A DNA stretch of 64,000 bases, from positions 96,001 to 160,000 of the forward strand of contig CBDCLE010000002.1 in assembly GCA_965218585.1 (NCBI GenBank), given 5' to 3'. Of the stretch, positions 17,498 through 27,061 are shown in pieces. Every line of letters begins with the position of its first letter. Position 1 is the first letter of the stretch. Both the position numbers and the translations under genes were made by a program. The stretch comes from Terriglobia bacterium (lineage in GTDB: Bacteria; Acidobacteriota; Terriglobia; 20CM-2-55-15). The notes under the pieces are model-generated. The model searched no databases. It was not told where the DNA came from and saw only the letters and a list, made by a program, of their open reading frames with translations.

Positions 17498-19905
17498 TCC
17501 TCTCGAATGGAACCTGCTGAGGTCACCTGTGGAGCCTTTCCCTCACACAGAGCGTCCAGGATTAACAGTGAAGGTTCTTTTGCTCCCGGAAACGGACCCA
17601 CGCAGGACGGGCAGCCTTCGTCGCAGGCACAGGAACGAATCAACTGCCGGGTCTCGCCCAGGATGCGTTCTCGAATCTCGTAGAGCGGCCGACTCAACCC
17701 GATCCCTCCAGGATAATTGTCGTAGATGAAGATGGTGGGTTCATGTTCGACCTCAGACGTCTGTCGGAGGGCTTTCTCCGGGGTCGGTTGTGTTTCCTCG
17801 GCGCCGGTCTGAACGGACGATCCCAAGTCGCGACGATCGCACATCAGAAAGACCGAGGCGATTGCCGCCAGTGCATAGGCCACACCGTAGACTCCGTCCA
17901 AGCGCGCAGAAGCTGAAAACGGCAGGGGATCGTAGATACTTCGCGGGATCACGAGCCAATAGGCCGTTGTGTGCATCTCCTGGGTCGGCATGCTGAGCTC
18001 TCCCGAACCCACGTTTTCCATCGTGGTGAACTTCAGTTTCTTGAAGCCCACGACCTGGTGCGCCACGTGGACTTCACCATGCTGATGGATTCGGTCCGAT
18101 TCAGCCGTATCCAGTGCCCGGACATGAGTATAAGTAATCGCATCGGTGTAGTACTCCGACTCGACTCGTTTGACGTAAGCTCTCCGCTCGGGAATATCCA
18201 GCTGCTGAACATAATACTGCTGTCCCTGATGCAGATAGATAGCTTTTTCATGCAACGTCGTAAACGCGCTGGAATAGTCAACCTCACCAATAATTCGTGG
18301 TTCTCCAGTCGTTTCCACGACGAGGAAGTTGTCGGAACCGATACTCCTGAGCGAAATCGAATCGGCCGGATAGGACTCGCTCGTCCAGTGCCACTTCTGC
18401 CCGGCCTTGTGAATGAACTCTCTTTCGGACAGATACTCGAGGATCTCCCCGACATCGTGGCCCCCGAACAGTTCGTCCTCCGCAAAAGGCAACTCGAAGG
18501 TCGCACATTGGAGATGGCTGATCAGGATGTGAATGTTTTCAGGATTGATCAATCCCGATTCGGGCGGTTGCCGGAGGAAATACTCCGGATGGTTGGCAAT
18601 GTACTGATCCAGTGGCGCGCTCGAGGCCACCATGATACCGATGGCGCTCCCACTTCGGCGCCCCGCACGCCCCATGCGCTGCCAGGTGGATGCAACGGTT
18701 CCCGGGTATCCGGCCAGAATCGCCACATCTAGACTTCCGATGTCGATACCCAGTTCCAGAGCGTTGGTTGAAACCACACCCCGGATTGAGCCTTCCCTGA
18801 GTCCACGCTCGATTTCCCTGCGCTCGGTAGGCAGGTAACCCCCGCGGTAACCGACAACAACGTCGTCTTCACCGATCCCCGGACTCAGATCCTCTTTGAG
18901 ATAGCGAACCAGCACCTCTGTGATGAGCCGGCTGTTCGCAAAGACAATAGATCCCTTCGCCCGGCGAAGAAATCCGGCCGCGATCCGCCGGGTTTCCTGA
19001 ACATAGGAACGTCGAATGCCAAGATGCTGGTTAACGACCGGAGGGTTGTAGAAAAACATGTGCTTCTCGCCCTCCGGTGCTCCACTTTCCTGGATCAATT
19101 CGAATTCTTTTCCGGTAAGCCCCTGGGCCAGTTCCCTCGGATTGGCGATGGTCGCCGACGTGGCTATGAAGCGAGGGGTACTTCCATAGAAGCGGCAGAT
19201 CCGTTCCAGGCGACGGAACAGATTAGCGAGGTGGCTCCCGAAAACGCCCCGGTAGGTGTGGAGTTCGTCGATGACTATATATTCCAGGTTCTCGAACAGA
19301 CGCGTCCACTTGGTGTGGTGCGGGAGGATCCCCTTGTGGAGCATGTCCGGGTTTGTCAAAACGACATGTCCGGTGGAACGAATCGCCTGGCGGGCATCCT
19401 GGGGGGTATCTCCGTCGTAGGAATGGATTCGGATTTCACCTGGCAGAGCATCCGACCACTGTATGAGGTCGTCGAGTTGATCGTAGGTCAGCGCCTTGGT
19501 CGGAAACAGATACAGTGCGCGCCGGTCCGGGTTTTCAAGGATGCTCTGTAATACGGGAATGTTGTAGCAGAGGGTCTTGCCCGAAGCGGTCGGCGTCAGA
19601 ACGACTGAGTTTTCGCCCTGGCGCGCGTTTTCGTAACATTGAACCTGGTGCGAATACAGTCGGGAGACGCTTCGCTCCCCCAGAACGCGCTTGATTTCCG
19701 GATCCAGCGAAGCCGGCAGATCCACCCATTTAGCCTCGCGCGCCGGAATCCGGTGATAGCCCGTAACGCAAGGGTTGCTTTGTAGTTGAACGAGGGGGTC
19801 ACCCTGTTCTCCAGTAGGGGTCAACGCTTCTCTATTGAGTTGATCCTTCAGCCGCACCTGGAGTTCAGAGCGCATGAGGCCCAAGATCACCCTTTCCAGG
19901 GCCAA
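17494..19905 (-). CDS. DEAD/DEAH-box helicase with C-terminal 4-Cys DUF1998 domain (YprA/MrfA/Hrq1-like)
   Basis: TPTASGKT, PTKAL, DELH, SAT, TNALELGIDIG, QRMGRAGR, CACDEGCPSC. Confidence 0.93.
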   Translation of the reverse strand: MALERVILGLMRSELQVRLKDQLNREALTPTGEQGDPLVQLQSNPCVTGYHRIPAREAKWVDLPASLDPEIKRVLGERSVSRLYSHQVQCYENARQGENSVVLTPTASGKTLCYNIPVLQSILENPDRRALYLFPTKALTYDQLDDLIQWSDALPGEIRIHSYDGDTPQDARQAIRSTGHVVLTNPDMLHKGILPHHTKWTRLFENLEYIVIDELHTYRGVFGSHLANLFRRLERICRFYGSTPRFIATSATIANPRELAQGLTGKEFELIQESGAPEGEKHMFFYNPPVVNQHLGIRRSYVQETRRIAAGFLRRAKGSIVFANSRLITEVLVRYLKEDLSPGIGEDDVVVGYRGGYLPTERREIERGLREGSIRGVVSTNALELGIDIGSLDVAILAGYPGTVASTWQRMGRAGRRSGSAIGIMVASSAPLDQYIANHPEYFLRQPPESGLINPENIHILISHLQCATFELPFAEDELFGGHDVGEILEYLSEREFIHKAGQKWHWTSESYPADSISLRSIGSDNFLVVETTGEPRIIGEVDYSSAFTTLHEKAIYLHQGQQYYVQQLDIPERRAYVKRVESEYYTDAITYTHVRALDTAESDRIHQHGEVHVAHQVVGFKKLKFTTMENVGSGELSMPTQEMHTTAYWLVIPRSIYDPLPFSASARLDGVYGVAYALAAIASVFLMCDRRDLGSSVQTGAEETQPTPEKALRQTSEVEHEPTIFIYDNYPGGIGLSRPLYEIRERILGETRQLIRSCACDEGCPSCVGPFPGAKEPSLLILDALCEGKAPQVTSAGSIREE

Positions 19906-20006
19906 GACAGGTCCACAACTCGGCCACTAACATTGTCGGACAGGAGGTCTGCACGTATGATGGAGATCAGCCCTTCGAACACATAACTCTGGAGGATCCA
20001 AGCCTG

Positions 20007-21494
20007 ATGAAAGTTCAACTCCGCTACGAGAATCCACAGAAGGTCAAGACAGACCTCCTCGTAGTCATACTCGACAAAGATGCGCGCCTGCACGATCTGG
20101 GACGGTCTCCCTTGACGGAAACCGTCGATCGCCTCCGAAGAAATTTTAGATCGAAGCGACTGAAGCAACAGTACTTCGCCCCGCGTGCCGGTCGGAGTGC
20201 GTCTACCCACCTGGCCGTATATTCGACCTCACTCGATCCGGCATTCAACGTCTGGGAAAACCTGAAAAGCTATGTGGCAAGGGCGATACGCACGGCCCGC
20301 AATCACGGGTTGAAGCGGGTCTCGATCGTACTCAACACCGACGACGCGGCTCCCTTTGTTGGAAAGGCTGTGGAAGGGGCTCTTCTCGGCTCCTATTGCT
20401 TCTCGAGCTACAGGAAGGACAGCAAAGAGAAACAGGAATTCTTCGACAAGATGCGGGTGGATCTGATCGCCCTGAAATCGAACGATGAACAGAACCGGCG
20501 CTATCTGGATCGTTACACGACGGTTTCGGATGCGGTCAACTACGCCCGGGATCTGATCAACGAACCCGGCTCGGTCGTGACTCCTCGGCGGATGGCCGCC
20601 GACGCTCGCGAAATAGCCAAAGAATCCAAACTGGATGTCCGGATCTGGGACCCCAATCAACTCAAGAAAGAAGGCTTCAACGGCCTGGTCCAGGTTGGCC
20701 GGGGCAGTGCCAACAAGCCCAGGTTGATAAGCTTGTCCTACAGCGCGGAAGGATCACCCCATCGACTTGCGCTGGTCGGTAAGGGTGTGACATTCGACAC
20801 GGGGGGTATTTCCCTGAAGCCGGCTGACAGAATGTTCGAAATGAAAGGCGACATGTCGGGGGGCGCGGCTGTTCTGGCGGCCATGAAAGCGATCGGAAAA
20901 CTCAAACCCAACGTGAACGTCGTGGGTATCGTTCCGGCCGCCGAAAACACCCCGGACGCCGAAGCCCAGCGCCCCGGTGACATCTGGTTTGCCCGAAACG
21001 GTAAATCCATCATGGTGGACAATACCGATGCCGAAGGGCGTCTGATCCTGACCGACGGCCTGGGCCTGGCCGGCGACCTGGGTGCCACACACATCGTTGA
21101 TATCGCGACGCTCACTGGTGCCTGTGTCCGCGCGCTGGGACAGAGCATTGCCGGTGTGATGGGCAATTCACCGGACCTGATCAGAGCGGTGATCGCCTCG
21201 GGCGAAAACCATGGAGAGAGCTTCTGGGAGTTGCCACTTCCCGAAGAATACAAGGCTTTGCTCAAGACACCGTATGCGGACCTCAACAATATTGGTGGCC
21301 CGATGGCGGGGGCTTCCACAGCGGGCTTGTTCCTCCAGGAATTCGTTCCTCGGAAGACCCCGTGGGCTCATCTGGATATCGCCGGGCCGTTCATGAGAGA
21401 CAAGCCTTGGAAATACTACGAAGCCGGAGGAATCGGTTTCGGGGCCAAGACTCTGGTCGATCTGGCCGAGCGGTTTGGGAATTATTTCGACTGA
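20007..21494 (+). CDS. pepA: Leucyl aminopeptidase (M17)
   Basis: VGKGVTFDTGGISLK, MKGDMSG, NTDAEGRL, HLDIAG. Confidence 0.95.
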   Translation: MKVQLRYENPQKVKTDLLVVILDKDARLHDLGRSPLTETVDRLRRNFRSKRLKQQYFAPRAGRSASTHLAVYSTSLDPAFNVWENLKSYVARAIRTARNHGLKRVSIVLNTDDAAPFVGKAVEGALLGSYCFSSYRKDSKEKQEFFDKMRVDLIALKSNDEQNRRYLDRYTTVSDAVNYARDLINEPGSVVTPRRMAADAREIAKESKLDVRIWDPNQLKKEGFNGLVQVGRGSANKPRLISLSYSAEGSPHRLALVGKGVTFDTGGISLKPADRMFEMKGDMSGGAAVLAAMKAIGKLKPNVNVVGIVPAAENTPDAEAQRPGDIWFARNGKSIMVDNTDAEGRLILTDGLGLAGDLGATHIVDIATLTGACVRALGQSIAGVMGNSPDLIRAVIASGENHGESFWELPLPEEYKALLKTPYADLNNIGGPMAGASTAGLFLQEFVPRKTPWAHLDIAGPFMRDKPWKYYEAGGIGFGAKTLVDLAERFGNYFD

Positions 21495-21616
21495 ATAGCG
21501 TCGATTTCCGGACAGGCCAAGGAAAAAAGAACTTTACAAAAGGTATGTCCCCGAAACATAACAATGGCCGGATTTGATAACAATTGCCAGGAAGGCACAT
21601 CAGGAGGGCTAACAGG

Positions 21617-21769
21617 ATGGAACCGAAAAGCTTAATCGAAGGATTCGAACTCGAACTCGAAATCAAAGTAGAAGAATTAGAAGAGCGCATTGCTCCCGGT
21701 GAGTTGGTCTGGCCATTCCCTGGTGGTAAAGGCAAGGGCGGCGGAGGCGGAGGCCACGGCGGTCGCTAA
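21617..21769 (+). CDS. 50-aa RiPP-precursor-like peptide with acidic leader (EELEERIAP) and Gly-rich core
   Basis: AGGAGG RBS at 21602-21607 and its own terminator; MEPKSLIEGFELELEIKVEELEERIAP-GELVWPFPGGKGKGGGGGGHGGR. Confidence 0.7.
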   Translation: MEPKSLIEGFELELEIKVEELEERIAPGELVWPFPGGKGKGGGGGGHGGR

Positions 21770-21784
21770 AGAGTTTCGCTAGAG

Positions 21785-21818
21785 AAAGCCCCCGTTTCAG
21801 ACAACGGGGGCTTTTCTT
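21785..21818 (+). terminator. Rho-independent terminator
   Basis: AAAGCCCCCGTT-tcagac-AACGGGGGCTTT followed by a T-rich tract. Confidence 0.85.
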
Positions 21819-21984
21819 GTTTTCCTGCTCTTTTCTCGTTCCCTGGCCCCTAAATTCCGTAAAGAATTCAGGTATCTCAACCACGCGATTACGAAAGAAC
21901 GCCTTAAAACTATAATTCCTTTATTTAGCGTAAATTAATTAAATATTTTATGTATTTTTTTGCTTGCGCGTAATCGCGTCCCCC

Positions 21985-22074
21985 ATGATATGCTTCCGCT
22001 CAACGCAGAGTTCCTATGACGGGCAACTAGGCAAAGGCAAGGGCGGCGGAGGCGGAGGTCACGGCGGTCGCTAG
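21985..22074 (+). other. Second copy of the peptide tail: 29-aa ORF MICFRSTQSSYDGQLGKGKGGGGGGHGGR or a small RNA
   Basis: 22030-22074 repeats 21725-21769 with three differences, all synonymous; no RBS; extended -10-like TGaTATGCT at 21987-21995. Confidence 0.5.
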
Positions 22075-22082
22075 AACATTCT

Positions 22083-22152
22083 ACGAATCCCCTATCGTTT
22101 GATAGGGGATTCGTTTTTCCCTTCAAAATGCAGCTTCGGCTGCATTTTTTTT
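22083..22152 (+). terminator. Two tandem Rho-independent terminators
   Basis: ACGAATCCCCTATC-gttt-GATAGGGGATTCGT-TTTT and AAAATGCAGC-ttcg-GCTGCATTTT-TTTT. Confidence 0.85.
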
Positions 22153-22257
22153 GCCCACAAGACTATGAAACACACGATGATTTCCGCCAACTTTTTCTTC
22201 TCACCTCTGTGATCTCTGTGCCTCTGTGGTTAATATTTCTTTGGGAGTGAAAAGAAG

Positions 22258-22587
22258 TTGAAACTCGGTATCTCAGATCACATCGACTGCGCCCACTTCT
22301 TGCCCGGACATCCCAAGTGCGGAAAACTCCACGGACACACCTATAAGGTCGAGATTATTATCGAGGGAGAAACAGGCCCCAGCGGTATGCTCCTGGATTT
22401 CGATCAGATGAAGATCGATCTCCGTGCAGCCCTGGACACATACGACCACGCCTCTCTGAACGACTTTCTCGAATACCCGTCGGTCGAAAACATCTGCGAA
22501 CTTCTGCGAGGCAGACTGGGCGAAAAATTCGAATTCCCCTTCACGGTCCGAGTATGGGAGGGCGAGGGAAAGTGGGCGGAGCTTTAG
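22258..22587 (+). CDS. queD: 6-carboxytetrahydropterin synthase
   Basis: AHFL..KCGKLHGHTY, GMLLDF, DHASLN, PSVEN, VWE. Confidence 0.92.
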   Translation: MKLGISDHIDCAHFLPGHPKCGKLHGHTYKVEIIIEGETGPSGMLLDFDQMKIDLRAALDTYDHASLNDFLEYPSVENICELLRGRLGEKFEFPFTVRVWEGEGKWAEL

Positions 22588-22606
22588 CTGTCCGAGACAA
22601 AAACCA

Positions 22607-22924
22607 ATGTCAAGAATTGACGCCCTAAAGGGTTTTCTCGAGGAGAACCCGAACGATTCCTTTTCGCGCTATGCCCTGGCGATGGAGTACATAAAACTCG
22701 GCAACCCCGATCGAGGGATCTCGGAATTCAATACAGTCGTCGAACGGGATCCCGCCTACGTCGCCACGTATTACCAGCTTGGTAAAGCCTACGAGCGTGA
22801 AGGCCGAGCCGAGGAGGCCCTCCAGACCTACAAGAGTGGAATTGAGGTGGCAATTGAGGCTGGGGACGGCCACACACGGGACGAACTCAGAGAAGCTCTG
22901 ACGATGCTGGAAGGAAATGTTTAA
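22607..22924 (+). CDS. Tetratricopeptide repeat protein
   Basis: PNDSFSRYALAMEY and DPAYVATYYQLGK TPR pattern. Confidence 0.85.
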   Translation: MSRIDALKGFLEENPNDSFSRYALAMEYIKLGNPDRGISEFNTVVERDPAYVATYYQLGKAYEREGRAEEALQTYKSGIEVAIEAGDGHTRDELREALTMLEGNV

Positions 22925-25455
22925 CCGAGAGCATCTAGAAACGGTGCGATGTCCTGCCGGTCCTTCAGGACGGGCTCGAACAGATCCCCCGTCCGCTTCA
23001 GTCTCCTCAAGGTATTTCGGATCGTGAATTTTCCGGGATCGATCCGTCGACGGAGCTCTTCCCACCGGAGCGGCGTCGATACCGGAGCCCCCGGACGTGC
23101 CCGCGGCGAATAGACGGAAGCGACGGTCTTCCCCTTCACGTTCTGCAAGAAATCAATGTACACACCGTTGGGGCGACGGCCGACAGACCGCTCGATCGTC
23201 GCCAGATCCGGCAGTCGTTGAACGACTACAGAAGCGACGGCCTGGGCAAAGCTGCGAATCTCGGAATAAGTGAACCGGCTCTCCAGAAGCGGAAGATAAA
23301 TGTGGAGGCCGCTCGCACCGGATGTTTTAGGATAGGCGCGTAGCTCCAGTTCGTCCAGAACCTTCTTGATCTCTCTGGCAACTCTTTGAACCACCATGTA
23401 AGGTACATCAGCTGAGGGGTCCAGATCGAAAATCACGTAGTCGGGATGGTCCAGAGAGCCAAGTCGCGAACTCCAGGGGTTCTGAGTGATGGCTCCCATG
23501 TTAGCCAGATAGATCAACGTCTCCCGGTCGTCTCCGACAAAGTACCGGATGTACTTGTCCGTGTCTTCGCTCCACAGCCTTTCAGTGCGCACCCAGCCCG
23601 GCGTGTGGTCCGGTGCGTCCTTTTGGTAGAAATGCTCCCCGGTGATGCCGTCGGGATAACGTTTCAACACCAGGGGCCGTTCGTTCAAGTAAGGATTCAG
23701 AACGTCGGCGATTTCTCCGTAGTAGTGAACAAGATCTCCCTTGGTCAGTCCGTCCTTGGGCCAAAAGATCTTTCCAGAATTCGTCAGCTGGACCCGACCT
23801 GCGGCAGAGCCGGGAGGGGACTCCTCGGGAACGGGAGTGGCCTCGGCCACCGTTTCTACAGTTTCTCCGGGTTCCTCGCGAAGGACCGAGTCTCTGGGAT
23901 CGATATCTTCCCGAAAGCGAAGGAACACGGGAGCACGCAACTTACGCTCCCGTGTCCATTCGTTGAACCGAACCTCACACACAAGATCCGGCTTCACCCA
24001 TCTCGCCTGTGACAAATCGGAGGGTATGCTTCGAAGAGGCGCTTTCTTGCGTATCCGAGTTTTCAGCAAGGCATAGGTCGACGCCAGACCTTCGTCGTCG
24101 AAACCAGCTCCGACGCGTCCCACGTAGACCAGATTTCCCCGCGCCTCATACAGACCCAATGCCAGCGCCCCAAAATGTTTCCTGGATCCCGACGGAGGTG
24201 TAAACCCGATCACCACAAAATCTTCCGACTGAGTGGTTTTGACCTTGAGCCATTCCCGCGAACGACGCTGATGGTAGGTAGACTCGCGGCGTTTCGCTAC
24301 GATCCCTTCGAGATCATGAGATTCCGCCGCATCGAAGAACTCCCGCCCCCGACCTTCCACGTGGTCTGAAAAGCGAACCCAACCCATGTCATCGGGAATG
24401 AGCGCGCGAAGCAGAGCCTTTCGATCTTCAACGGAAAATCCCGTGACGGAATAACCGCTGATATAGAGCAGATCGAAGGCATAGAAAAATACAGGCGTTT
24501 CTCTTTCAGCCCTGTTCACATCAGCAGGGCCACTCAGATGGATTCTCGGTTGAATCAGGTTGAAGCGCGAACGTCCGTCCCGATCGAGAGCAACGATCTC
24601 TCCATCCAGGACTGCCGAATCGACCGGCAGCGACCGGATGGCGCTGACAATGCCGGGAAAGCGCCTTCCGATTGCCCTATCGTTCCGGCTCCTCAGGTCG
24701 ACGGCCCCTCCGTTCTTGAAGACCACTGCGCGAATACCATCCAACTTTATTTCGAACAGCCATTCGTCGTCATCGAACGGTTCCTTTGTCAGCGTGGCCA
24801 GCATCGGGGAGATTTTTTCCGGTATCGCTCTCTGACGTTCTTTCTTTACTCCGCGCGTTTCCAGTTCGCGCTCTAGGTCGGCGTTCCAGGTTCTGGTCTC
24901 GGAAAGAGCTTCGCCCACCTGTTCGACCCTCAGGCCGGATAAGACGGACTCGGGACGGGTCAGAGTAATGTCGTCCTTCGCCGCGAAGTCGTCACGGACT
25001 TTGAAGAACAACCATTCCTTTTCCGCGCGTCCGGTCTGGACGAGAACCCATTCCCCGGAAAGTTTCTCCCCCTGAAGAACGAAGTGGAACTTGCGGTTTT
25101 CCCAACCTTCTTCAGGCGTCGGGGGATCAACCATTTCGTAGTCGCCGCGGTCCCACACGATGACCTTGCCGGCCCCGTAGTTGCCTTCTGGAATAACACC
25201 TTCAAAACCCCCGTAGTCAACCGGATGGTCCTCGGTCTGGATGGCCAGGCGTTTCTCCCGAGGGTTCAGCGACGGGCCCTTGGGAACGGCCCAGGATCGT
25301 AAAACTCCCTCCATTTCCAGCCGAAGGTCGTAGTGGAGGCGTGAGGCGTGGTGTTTCTGAATGACGAAACTTCGTCCTCGGCGGCGCTTCGGTTTTCCCC
25401 CAGGCTCGGGCGTGCTGTCGAACCTGCGTTTCCGTTTGTATTCCTCAAGTGACAT
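22921..25455 (-). CDS. ligD: NHEJ DNA ligase D (phosphoesterase-ligase-polymerase)
   Basis: FVIQKHHASRLHYDLRLE, EIKLDGIR, EGIVAKR, RYPDG, FDLDP, KTSGASGLH. Confidence 0.95.
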   Translation of the reverse strand: MSLEEYKRKRRFDSTPEPGGKPKRRRGRSFVIQKHHASRLHYDLRLEMEGVLRSWAVPKGPSLNPREKRLAIQTEDHPVDYGGFEGVIPEGNYGAGKVIVWDRGDYEMVDPPTPEEGWENRKFHFVLQGEKLSGEWVLVQTGRAEKEWLFFKVRDDFAAKDDITLTRPESVLSGLRVEQVGEALSETRTWNADLERELETRGVKKERQRAIPEKISPMLATLTKEPFDDDEWLFEIKLDGIRAVVFKNGGAVDLRSRNDRAIGRRFPGIVSAIRSLPVDSAVLDGEIVALDRDGRSRFNLIQPRIHLSGPADVNRAERETPVFFYAFDLLYISGYSVTGFSVEDRKALLRALIPDDMGWVRFSDHVEGRGREFFDAAESHDLEGIVAKRRESTYHQRRSREWLKVKTTQSEDFVVIGFTPPSGSRKHFGALALGLYEARGNLVYVGRVGAGFDDEGLASTYALLKTRIRKKAPLRSIPSDLSQARWVKPDLVCEVRFNEWTRERKLRAPVFLRFREDIDPRDSVLREEPGETVETVAEATPVPEESPPGSAAGRVQLTNSGKIFWPKDGLTKGDLVHYYGEIADVLNPYLNERPLVLKRYPDGITGEHFYQKDAPDHTPGWVRTERLWSEDTDKYIRYFVGDDRETLIYLANMGAITQNPWSSRLGSLDHPDYVIFDLDPSADVPYMVVQRVAREIKKVLDELELRAYPKTSGASGLHIYLPLLESRFTYSEIRSFAQAVASVVVQRLPDLATIERSVGRRPNGVYIDFLQNVKGKTVASVYSPRARPGAPVSTPLRWEELRRRIDPGKFTIRNTLRRLKRTGDLFEPVLKDRQDIAPFLDALG

Positions 25456-25475
25456 GCCCGCGTATAATACGCGCC
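25456..25475. promoter_or_regulatory. Overlapping bidirectional -10 boxes, probable leaderless promoters
   Basis: CGCG-TATAATA-CGCG: TATAAT 7 nt before ATG 25476 (+) and TATTAT 8 nt before the ligD ATG (-). Confidence 0.55.
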
Positions 25476-25748
25476 ATGGGACGCAGGCGAATCAAAAAGA
25501 AGGAGGCTGTCCTTCCCTTTCGGCAGACCGTCGCCTACCGATTTATCATGGTTGTCGCAGCATTCATTCTGTTTCTTATTGCCTCGTTCCAGATCATCCG
25601 ATCGATCCAGCTTGGCAGCACGCCCGCCATAGTCGTTTCTTCAGTACTGGCGTTGATCACTGCAGCTTTCACTGTCTATAACCTCAACCAGATGAGGGAA
25701 GCGAAAGTACCCCGCCGCACAGCGCAGAGAATGAAGCGAAACCGTTAG
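25476..25748 (+). CDS. Small two-helix membrane protein
   Basis: Basic termini and two hydrophobic segments. Confidence 0.7.
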   Translation: MGRRRIKKKEAVLPFRQTVAYRFIMVVAAFILFLIASFQIIRSIQLGSTPAIVVSSVLALITAAFTVYNLNQMREAKVPRRTAQRMKRNR

Positions 25749-25750
25749 CT

Positions 25751-25816
25751 CTAGTGGCCTGTACCACCCAAAGACCCATCGGCGCTGGTCCCAATATGGG
25801 TCGTACAGGTCACTAC
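25751..25816. repeat. Short palindromic MITE/REP-like element, copy A
   Basis: CTAGTGgCCTGTA...TACAGGTCACTA; inner sequence is the reverse complement of 33743-33800; lies between convergent genes. Confidence 0.7.
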
Positions 25817-26991
25817 TAATGTTTCTCTGTTGGAACCTTCGTCGGCCCATCGTGATGACTACTGACAATTACACCTGGAAGATCGGGAACTGAACGCCGT
25901 AATTCGAACAACGTCAGCAGGAGAGCCATCGAGTGAGAGAAGAACCACAAGGGCGCAAACCAGGCGGCTGCCCCGAGGCGCCGAGAGTAGCAGAAGTAGG
26001 AAGTTGCCATGAGACTGTAGCTGAAAGCAGAAAAGTATAGGATTCCCGAACCAGAAAAACCGTCCTGCCCTGCAAGAATACCGAAAATAATCCCGATCAC
26101 GGAAACCACGGAGATGACTGCGCTGCCAAGAACAAATGCGACAACCCGCCCGACGCTCAGCCCTCCTGCATCGAGATTCGACATCATCGCGCGGATCGTG
26201 GCCTCTCGGGCGATCCAACCGGAACCATCGCCTTGAAACGTTTTAAGACCTTCAACCCTGTAACTCCAGAGAGTCCAACCGGATTCGTTCAGAATCCCGG
26301 GTAATCGGTTCATCTTGTTGATCACAGCGTGGGTCTGACCGTGAAGCAACAGGAAAGGGGCCGACAGGCTGAGGCGACTGGACTTCTCACGGCCCCGATC
26401 CACGACTGCGATCATTCGAACGAACCATTCCAGAGAAGGCGCCAGGAGTTTCTGCCAGAGCGACCGGCATTCGATGCCAGCAGACAGGGCGACAGCCTTT
26501 ATGCCTTCTGTTTCGGAAAATTCCATGGCGGATTCCGCAGCGTAAGGCTCGAGCGCCACATCCGAATCCAGCACAAGAATCCATGAACCCCGCAAGCTTG
26601 GCTGGGCATGGTCCAGAGCACGAATGCGGGTTGCCTCGTCTTCGATGGAGAATGTTATCGGGATGGGCCGGACGGGAATATGTGATCGGAGCGCGGAAAA
26701 CTCCCGCGCGAGGCTCGCTTGGCTGGTGTCTCTCTGATCGTAAACAATGAGTAACTCGATGAACGGATACGACTGATCGAGAACGGACTGCAGGCAGCGG
26801 CGCCGGGCCTCTGCCCTGCCCCGGAGAGGAACCAGCACTGAAATGACCCCCTCTGTTCGGGTCGAGCGAATTGTGGCCAGGCGAGACCCGCGTGTGAGCG
26901 CAAACCAGCTTTCAAGGAAGATGACCAGAGTGACCAGCGCTGATATCCAGGAAACGAACAACAGGGCGTATTGGAGAGAGACACCGGTCAT
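25816..26991 (-). CDS. Glycosyltransferase family 2 membrane protein (divergent)
   Basis: ISVLVP, SVLDQSYP, LVLDSDV (DxD); N- and C-terminal TM helices. Confidence 0.8.
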   Translation of the reverse strand: MTGVSLQYALLFVSWISALVTLVIFLESWFALTRGSRLATIRSTRTEGVISVLVPLRGRAEARRRCLQSVLDQSYPFIELLIVYDQRDTSQASLAREFSALRSHIPVRPIPITFSIEDEATRIRALDHAQPSLRGSWILVLDSDVALEPYAAESAMEFSETEGIKAVALSAGIECRSLWQKLLAPSLEWFVRMIAVVDRGREKSSRLSLSAPFLLLHGQTHAVINKMNRLPGILNESGWTLWSYRVEGLKTFQGDGSGWIAREATIRAMMSNLDAGGLSVGRVVAFVLGSAVISVVSVIGIIFGILAGQDGFSGSGILYFSAFSYSLMATSYFCYSRRLGAAAWFAPLWFFSHSMALLLTLFELRRSVPDLPGVIVSSHHDGPTKVPTEKH

Positions 26992-27061
26992 GCATCCTTT
27001 CTACGGCTCGTGTCGGTTCCATGTCAAGAAGGGAAAGAGGTTTCAGCCCCAGCCTTGAACT

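Noticed and set aside
22000-22075. Riboswitch (preQ1 or c-di-GMP) upstream of queD
   Set aside because: No recognisable aptamer consensus; the sequence is explained by the peptide-tail duplication and ends in its own terminators.
16168-22230. Short low-complexity iterations (CTTTGCG-type near 16170-16210, CTCTGTG-type near 22205-22228)
   Set aside because: Two or three imperfect heptamer units of a common interspersed type; no further structure supported.
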